DNA from: Eledone cirrhosa
Lineage: Eukaryota
Assembly (NCBI GenBank): GCA_964016885.1
Contig: CAXHJY010001252.1
Location: forward strand, 6,574-70,573
Direction of reading: 5' to 3'
Length of the DNA stretch: 64,000 bases
Shown: positions 60,178 through 64,000 of the stretch, piece by piece
Position numbering within the stretch: the stretch's first letter is position 1
Layout of the letters: every line of letters begins with the position of its first letter
Position numbers and translations under genes: made by a program
Notes under the pieces: model-generated
What the model was told of the DNA's origin: nothing
The model's database searches: none
Seen by the model: the letters and a program-made list of their open reading frames with translations, nothing else

Positions 60178-60787
60178 TGTCAGGTCACCAGTTGGTGCTA
60201 CTGGTAACATGTATCCCAGTACAACCTGTCTCATGGTCGGGTCGTTGGCGACTAAACTGGCAACCCCACCAAGGTTTCTTGGTGAGGAGGGTGACTTTGG
60301 ACATCCTGCAGGACTAAAAACAAAACCTGTCAAAGGGCAAAGGAGCTCTGAAGAGTCAATGGCCATCCAAAATCACCGGGAGAGATGACCCCTTAGCCTT
60401 TGTCAAGGCAGAATTCTAGGAGAAGGAAAACTCGGATATAACACCTGCAACCCTGATGGTATCCAATGATGTTGACTTGTTCTTCTGTTTGGTAAATATC
60501 ATCTTGGTTAAGAGAGTGGGACTGGCTTTGTGCAATGCCTTTGCTTACTATAAAAGCTTCACAGCACAGGCATTGCTTTATATCTGGAGATCTCTCTGCA
60601 CTTGTCGTCACATGGTAACATGGGCCCAGCACTATGTGTCAATAATTGTCACAGGTGTAGTGTTTGTACCAGAGTTTTCAAGTCGCTGGCTGGACTAAAA
60701 AGTCACACTCGTTCAGCGCACCGGTAGGGGTTCTCCTACATGGATATAAAGTAGTGGCCGTACTCGAAAACGAGTTGGCAGCCACCA
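60178..60787 (+). mobile_element. Full-length bipartite RTE-derived non-autonomous element in (ATGT)n
   Basis: RTE-like 5' UTR (ctaggagaaggaaaactc) plus C2H2 finger remnant [23 protein letters not shown] (60656-60727) and an (ATGT)n tail. Confidence 0.85.
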
Positions 60788-60849
60788 TGTATGTATGTAT
60801 GTATGTATGTATGTATGTATGTATGTATGTATGTATGTATGTATGTATG

Positions 60850-61294
60850 GATATGTACCTCTCTGTCTCTCTCTATATATGTATATATATTCTTGTATGT
60901 ATGTATGTATATATACCTCTCTGTCTCTCTCTCTATATATATGCTTGTATGTGTGTGTATGTATGTGTGTATGTATGTATGTATGTATGTCTATGTACCC
61001 CTCTGTCTCTCTCTCTATATATATGCTTGTGTGTGTGTATGTATGTATGTATGTATGTACATGTACCTCTCTGTCTCTCTCTATATATATATGCTTGTAT
61101 GTGTATGTATGTATGTGTGTATGTATGTATGTATGTATGTATGTATGTATGTGTGTGTGTATGTATGTATGTCTATGTACCCCTCTGTCTGTCTCTCTCT
61201 CTATATATATACTTGTATGTGTGTGTATGTATGTATGTTGTATGTATGTATGTGTACCTCTCTGTCTGTCTGTCTCTCTATATATATACTTGTA

Positions 61295-61325
<31 letters not shown>

Positions 61326-62300
61326 TGTATGTATGTATGTGTACCTCTCTGTCTGTCTCTCTCTCTATATATATACTTGTATGTGTATGTATGTATGTAT
61401 GTATGTATGTATGTATGTATGTATGTATGTCTATGTATCGCTCTGTCTCTCTCTCTCTATATATATACTTGTATGTATGTGTATGTGTGTGTATGTATGT
61501 TTGTATGTATGTATGTGTACCTCTCTGTCTCTCTCTATATATATGTATGTATGTGTGTGTATGTATGTATGTGTATGTATGTATGTATGTATGTGTACCT
61601 CTCTGTCTCTCTCTCTCTATATATATACTTGTATGTGTGTATGTATGTATGTATGTATGTATGTATGTATGTATGTATATGTACCCCTCTGTCTCTCTCT
61701 ATATATATATGCTTGTATGTGTGTGTATATGTGTATGTATATGTACCTCTCTGTCTCTCTCTCTCTCTATATATGCTTGTATGTGTGTGTATATGTGTAT
61801 GTATGTGTACCTCTCTGTCTCTCTCTCTCTCTATATATATGCTTGTATGTATGTATGTATGTATGTCTATGTACCCCTCTGTCTCTCTCTCTATATATAT
61901 ATAATTGTATGTGTGTGTATGTATGTATGTATGTATGTATGTATGTATGTATGTGTGTATGTATGTCTATGTAGCCCTGTCTCTCTCTCTATATATATAC
62001 TTGTATGTGTGTGTATGAGAGTATGTATGTATGTATGTATATATATGTACCTCTCTGTCTCTCTCTCTATATATATGCTTGTATGTGTGTGTATGTATGT
62101 GTGTATGTATGTATGTATGTATGTATGTCTATGTAGCCCTCTGTCTCTCTCTATATATATATACTTGTATGTGTGTATGTATGTATGTATGTATGTATGT
62201 ATGTATATATGTATGTGTACCTCTTTGTCTCTCTCTATATATATATACTTGTATGTATGTGTGTGTATGTGTGTGTATGTGTGTGTAAGTGTGTGTGTAT
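60850..62300. repeat. Compound minisatellite: gtacctctctgtctctctctatatatat(g/a)cttgtatg plus (TATG)n
   Basis: About 20 units. Confidence 0.9.
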
Positions 62301-62510
62301 ATGTTGAGGACTGTTCAGGTGGATTTGTCATTACTTGCACTCCATAGTTGATAAACAGGGGCAGGCAACTCGTTATCACGCTATATAATGTGATGAACTT
62401 CATAAACGACATGAACCACGTTGACAGCTATTTCATTATATCACGTGTTACCTCTCTCAACATATCTTACCTTATCTCTCCCCTCTACCCCCTCCCTTCT
62501 ACCCCCCACC

Positions 62511-62563
<53 letters not shown>

Positions 62564-62568
62564 ATATA

Positions 62569-62613
<45 letters not shown>

Positions 62614-62618
62614 ATATA

Positions 62619-62663
<45 letters not shown>

Positions 62664-62710
62664 ATATATATATGTATATATATATATATATATATATGTT
62701 GTATATATAT

Positions 62711-62745
<35 letters not shown>

Positions 62746-62804
62746 ATAACAATAAATGTGAAGACTAAAATTCGAAGAGTGCTCCGTAACGATAATATAT
62801 ATAT

Positions 62805-62820
62805 ATGAAATATATATATG

Positions 62821-62864
<44 letters not shown>

Positions 62865-62865
62865 C

Positions 62866-62958
<93 letters not shown>

Positions 62959-63021
62959 CATATATATATATATACATATATATACATATATATACATATA
63001 TACATATATATACATATATAC

Positions 63022-63114
<93 letters not shown>

Positions 63115-63273
63115 ATATATGAAATATATATATATATATATATATGAAATATATATATATATATATATATGAAATATATATATATATATATATATGAAAT
63201 ATATATATATATATATATATGAAATATATATATATATATGAAATATGTATATATATATATATATATATATGAA

Positions 63274-63341
<68 letters not shown>

Positions 63342-63360
63342 ATATATATATATATATGAA

Positions 63361-63441
<81 letters not shown>

Positions 63442-63448
63442 ATATGAA

Positions 63449-63524
<76 letters not shown>

Positions 63525-63610
63525 ATATATATATAATATATATATGAAATATATGAAATATATATATATATATATATATGAAATATATATATATTATATA
63601 TATATATGAA

Positions 63611-63679
<69 letters not shown>

Positions 63680-63690
63680 GTATATAATAT
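62805..63690. repeat. (TA)n array punctuated by GAAA
   Basis: Direct inspection. Confidence 0.9.
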
Positions 63691-63862
63691 ATAGAAATAG
63701 CACTACAGGACTTGAACTGTTTCGATCCTGATGATTTCCTTCGAATGAAACAGTTCTAGTCCTATACAAGCCATTTATATATTAAATATTGTATATACTC
63801 TACTATGTATTGAGTACCTTACTGTGGTTACCCCCGATTGAACCCGTGATACACACACACAC
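63690..63862 (+). mobile_element. Fold-back pLTR-like element with hammerhead core (63728-63761)
   Basis: CTGATGA-tttccttcgaat-GAAAC-agttcta-GTC, preceded by the inverted copy caggacttgaactgtttc. Confidence 0.7.
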
Positions 63863-63905
63863 AATATATATATATATATATATAGGTTTCTATAAATTAT
63901 GATCT

Positions 63906-63969
63906 ATGAACCCAAGAAGACCCCGTATAGTTTCGCCCGGTGATTGCCGGCTCATCAGGATTGGTTCAT
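63906..63969 (-). ncRNA. Type-I hammerhead ribozyme motif
   Basis: Minus strand: atgaaccaatc-CTGATGA-gccggcaatcaccgggc-GAAAC-tatacggg-GTC-ttcttgggttcat. Confidence 0.7.
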
Positions 63970-64000
63970 TTCTTTCCTATTCAGAGGGAGACAGAATTGA

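Overview
Eukaryotic, extremely microsatellite-rich, repeat-dominated DNA. The SINE families and the (TA)n/(CA)n/(TATG)n content point to an octopus or other coleoid cephalopod; this is my inference, not database-checked. Almost all ORFs in the track are microsatellite artefacts. Real coding remnants are all transposon-derived: three or four Penelope-like (GIY-YIG) fragments, RTE-clade LINE fragments (two with twin-priming-type inversions), one R4/Dong-like RT fragment and a decayed mariner transposase. Two tRNA-derived SINE families, Helitron-like non-autonomous elements and several minisatellites are also present. The most striking hidden layer is about 17 minimal type-I hammerhead ribozyme motifs from roughly a dozen unrelated short non-coding families, mostly embedded in (TA)n. 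One family forms ~450-520 bp tandem retrozyme-like monomers with an octamer/TATA-like upstream region. Many copies are fold-back palindromes whose turning points lie in or beside the ribozyme. A ~610 bp bipartite RTE-derived element sits in (ATGT)n tracts, and a related RTE 5' end is in the same window. No host gene is confidently identifiable; a few weak exon and promoter candidates are noted. Coordinates were read by eye and may be off by a few bases.
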